DNA of 64,000 bases, taken from NCBI GenBank assembly GCA_976226885.1, contig OZ320317.1:38626001-38690000 (forward strand), read 5' to 3'. The position numbers were made by a program, and so were the translations under genes. The notes beneath the pieces are model-generated. The model ran no database searches, was not told where the DNA came from, and saw nothing but the letters and a program-made list of their open reading frames with translations. Every line of letters begins with the position of its first letter. Position 1 is the stretch's first letter. The DNA comes from Iphione sp. A-MEVVRFRX5. Lineage: Eukaryota. This document shows, piece by piece, positions 60,531 through 64,000 of the stretch.

Positions 60531-63500
60531 TACTGTGCAATTTTGCTTTTCGAATAATCTGAAAACTTCTTTGAAAATTAGGCGATTTATACAAATCACT
60601 TTCTTTACCTAAAGTCCAATCCTACAATGTCTAATGAATGCAACCCTCAAGTTGTGGAGCAGAGATAAATGAAATGATCTAATATTACATCCTCCGGGGT
60701 GCCAGGTTTCCCTGGACATTGAACTGAAAATGATACCACCACAATTACTTCGGCTATATATCAATATTGTATAAAATAGGGGTCTGCATCAATAAAACAG
60801 GAGAATAGAAAGCAGAACAACATGGGTATATCAGGTACCTAATACATTTACGTAGGCCTGGCCACAAATCTGTCCACAGCTGTTCTAGTATGAGGGTAGT
60901 TTAGTAATTTATATGAAGCAGGTTCTTATGCATAATGAATGATAATGATCTGGTCCTTACTCCGGAATGCTATGCTATTATGATTCAGATTTATCACGTG
61001 TCCATAGCTATGCTGCACTATCATCACTCAATACAAGTAAGGGCTTCATTCTAGCCATTCCCTTGTTAAAGTTGTACTTGAGTGATGCCATTTGACGCAA
61101 AACGTCCTTGTATATCGTGCGCATTAGGAAATAAATGTCTCATTTTAGTCGTTTTCCAAATACACATTATACCATTAGACTGATCACTAGTAATACTCAG
61201 ACCACACAGGTTATGGATTAAGTGCTGTCTTCATGCGCCAGTTGTGGTAAGCAGTGGACTTATGTAGATTGTTGCATCTTAGAGAGTTTTTCTGTGCGAG
61301 TAGGTCGGCTTGGAATCGGGCTCAAAAAGAAGAGTGCCATTACGCCGTGGATGTTTGATTTGAATGACATTTTTCTTATCCAAGAAAGAACGTCCAGCCC
61401 TTGGGAATCCGTCTCTTTGATGCAGGCCCTCTTATTACAATGGAAATAAAGACTTGTTTATACAGGCGACCGCGCGCTTTCCGACGACCCAAGCCACGCG
61501 CACTTATCAATATTCAGCGGGTGTGCACCAGCGACGACTAACCAATTAAACATAGCGTCTTTGCTCCGCGTACGGGGAGCTGAGCGGCTCTGATAAGTGG
61601 ATATAGACATTGGGATAAGGGGTGTGGGCGACTGAAGGGAAAACATAAACGGGTGTGGTGATCGGTGCGAGAAAGGGGCATATTTAAACAGTCGACAGTA
61701 GGTTGCTTTGAACAGATAAATGTGGCTAGTGGCTCAAATAGCGTCGAAGGTTCCTAGTCTTCCGATTGACGCACACACCCATACCCGCAGACGCTGTGCC
61801 ACCACGTGATGCAGCCCGAATCTATATTTAGCCAGCTAACTGACATTGTCAGTTGTTTTATGGGTAAACAGCCCACAGCAAATCACCGTTCAACTCGGAA
61901 GGCGGCGGTGCGTGCAGGCGGCTCACCAGGCCTTTCCCGCCCTCTGCTCCGCCCCAACTGCTCCCTGACGTCCGCCCATCGACCTGTCACACCCCGCTCC
62001 CTCTACCCTAACACCCCGCCTAAGCCTCTTGCACCCCCGACTACCCACTTACTCTGCTGATGGGATAGTGAATTAGACCAGTTTCCTCTACTGGGTCAGG
62101 CCGCGAATGGATCTTTTTCAAATGCATCCACTTCCACATCCCGTCGTTCCTTACTTAACATTCCGCTTACCCCAACATCCAACCTCAGCTTACTGACAGA
62201 GGCTGTTCAATTATCTCCTTCAGCCAATGGGCTACTGAATAACACCATACTGCATACTCTCACTCTGGCCTCCTTACGCAGACAACCAACTTAATCCTCC
62301 GGTTGAAAGGATGTTGGACCAAGCTCCACGACTGAGTCAAGCTGAGAGCAGATCCCTCCTTGACACACCCACTCCAACCAGCCACATCCCACCACTCATT
62401 TCTCCCGCTCAAACACCGTTTTGGCCTCCGCCCCCAGGTCGCACTATTATTCCACAATCTCACAGAGTGGTGGACAAGCCTTCAATATCGGGTCGGTCCG
62501 GAAACAGGTCCCTACTAAATACACCTACTCCGGCTTGCAATACCCCCCCCCCCTTCCCCGCCTCCTTTCTCTCCACAACCTAGAATGCCAACTACTCTAT
62601 AGATTATCCTTCCGTCAGTCGATATTTTTTTTCTTTGATCATTTAACAATAGTATTTTTGCAAAAGGATGTTGCAAGACGCCTTTCGTTTCTGTTTAGCG
62701 TAGTCATGCGTGTAACGTATCATGGAAGCATGTCGCTATTTTCGTACAACCCATAAAGTAAATCAGACTGTATATTATCAGTGATATCCGACGGAGGGGG
62801 ATTTCTGAGAGAGGAATGTTTTATGGTGTAGCCTACGTGTGCGTGTGACTGATATGGATTGGCAGATTGTACGGGTCAGCGGCGCTCAGTGGGTAGTGGG
62901 CCCGCGCCCCATACAGCCTGAGGCGGCGGTCTCTTTTGCTATACTACTTACAGGGGACGCCCTGCCCCGGCAACTGAGCGAGTCGACGGGTAGACACACA
63001 CCTAGAAAGGCCGCCGCTGAAGCCCTTTGATGGCGGCTGCATTTGTTATTTGTGTCAGCCTACGTCGTATGTACACGCTGGGTAGCAGCTTAATACCAAC
63101 CCACACCATACTTGTGCATGCGTACCCACCTACCTTGTGCTTCTCACATATATACTTTGTATGTGCACCAACAAACCCAAACTATACTTGCGTATACATC
63201 CCTACGTGCCTGATCTTGCTCGTCATCCTTGAAATATCAGGCATGAAAGAGTATGAAGTTTGAGGATTGCATGCTTCTGAGTAAGGCCTGTAAATTTGTC
63301 TTAGACAGTCCTGTACAACCATTTTTCATGATCAATTAATTACTAAGATTATTACATGACAACATGACGTCAATATTAGTATGGCCAGATAATTCAACAG
63401 TCAGTAAGACCGCCAGAAATATGTTTACTATTCAAGAGCAGAAAAAAACGTTTGTGGATGTCATTCCTCGCGGAGAACGTAAAATGTAGTAGTTTTTAAA

Positions 63501-64000
63501 GAAGCAGTTGAACGATAAACGATGTTCAGATGTTCCAAAGACATTAGTCATATTAGACTTTGATTAGTATAAAGGTCCTTTATTCATACATAACATAGCA
63601 AGAGACTATCTATATGGCCATGGGAGCAGTTTCACACTGGCAGGCTGTGAAAGCCGAAGGAAATAACGGTTGCGTTTTATTTTCTGTTTTGTGGGTGGGT
63701 CATTACGTGATCGGATGGGATCCCTTTAAATAATTGAGTGATCATGGGTGATAGACGGGCGAACCAAAGCAAGGAGCTTGCGTGTGTGAACGACACCAAA
63801 AAGCGTCACTTTAGGTATACACCGGCCGATATGTCCTTATATGCGCCCGCGCTGCCTGGCATAGTCACAAACTGTAATTTATCATACGTGGGAAGTGGTA
63901 GGTGGTGGTGGGGGTGTACTTGCCCTCCAAATGGGCTCGCTATTCATGAAAGTTCTGTATCTAGACCGGAAGCCATTTCATGGAAGAAAAAAACTAAATT

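Overview
Eukaryotic (animal, probably invertebrate) genomic DNA of about 40% GC. It is dominated by transposable elements. I found no rRNA, tRNA, CRISPR array or confidently identifiable host gene. Two apparently complete elements stand out. (1) A 4.9-kb Ngaro-type tyrosine-recombinase retrotransposon (5223-10161) has identical split direct repeats A1-B1-A2-B2 and three uninterrupted ORFs (gag, RT/RNase H, YR). It also has what looks like a canonical -1 ribosomal frameshift signal (A AAA AAC, 6-nt spacer, 14-bp stem) joining gag to pol. (2) A 10.4-kb CACTA/EnSpm (CMC) DNA transposon (23582-33946) has TIRs, a TA duplication and subterminal repeats. Its 802-aa transposase ORF lies wholly inside the first coding intron of a 10-exon, 512-aa accessory gene, which suggests a splicing/uORF switch between the two proteins. 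The remainder holds a decayed pogo/Tigger transposase, a second decayed YR-retroelement RT, three MITEs, LINE 3' fragments (one with a 5' inversion), microsatellites, tandem repeats and a few unexplained exon-like or promoter-like segments. All family assignments come from motif recognition by eye. No database search was run.
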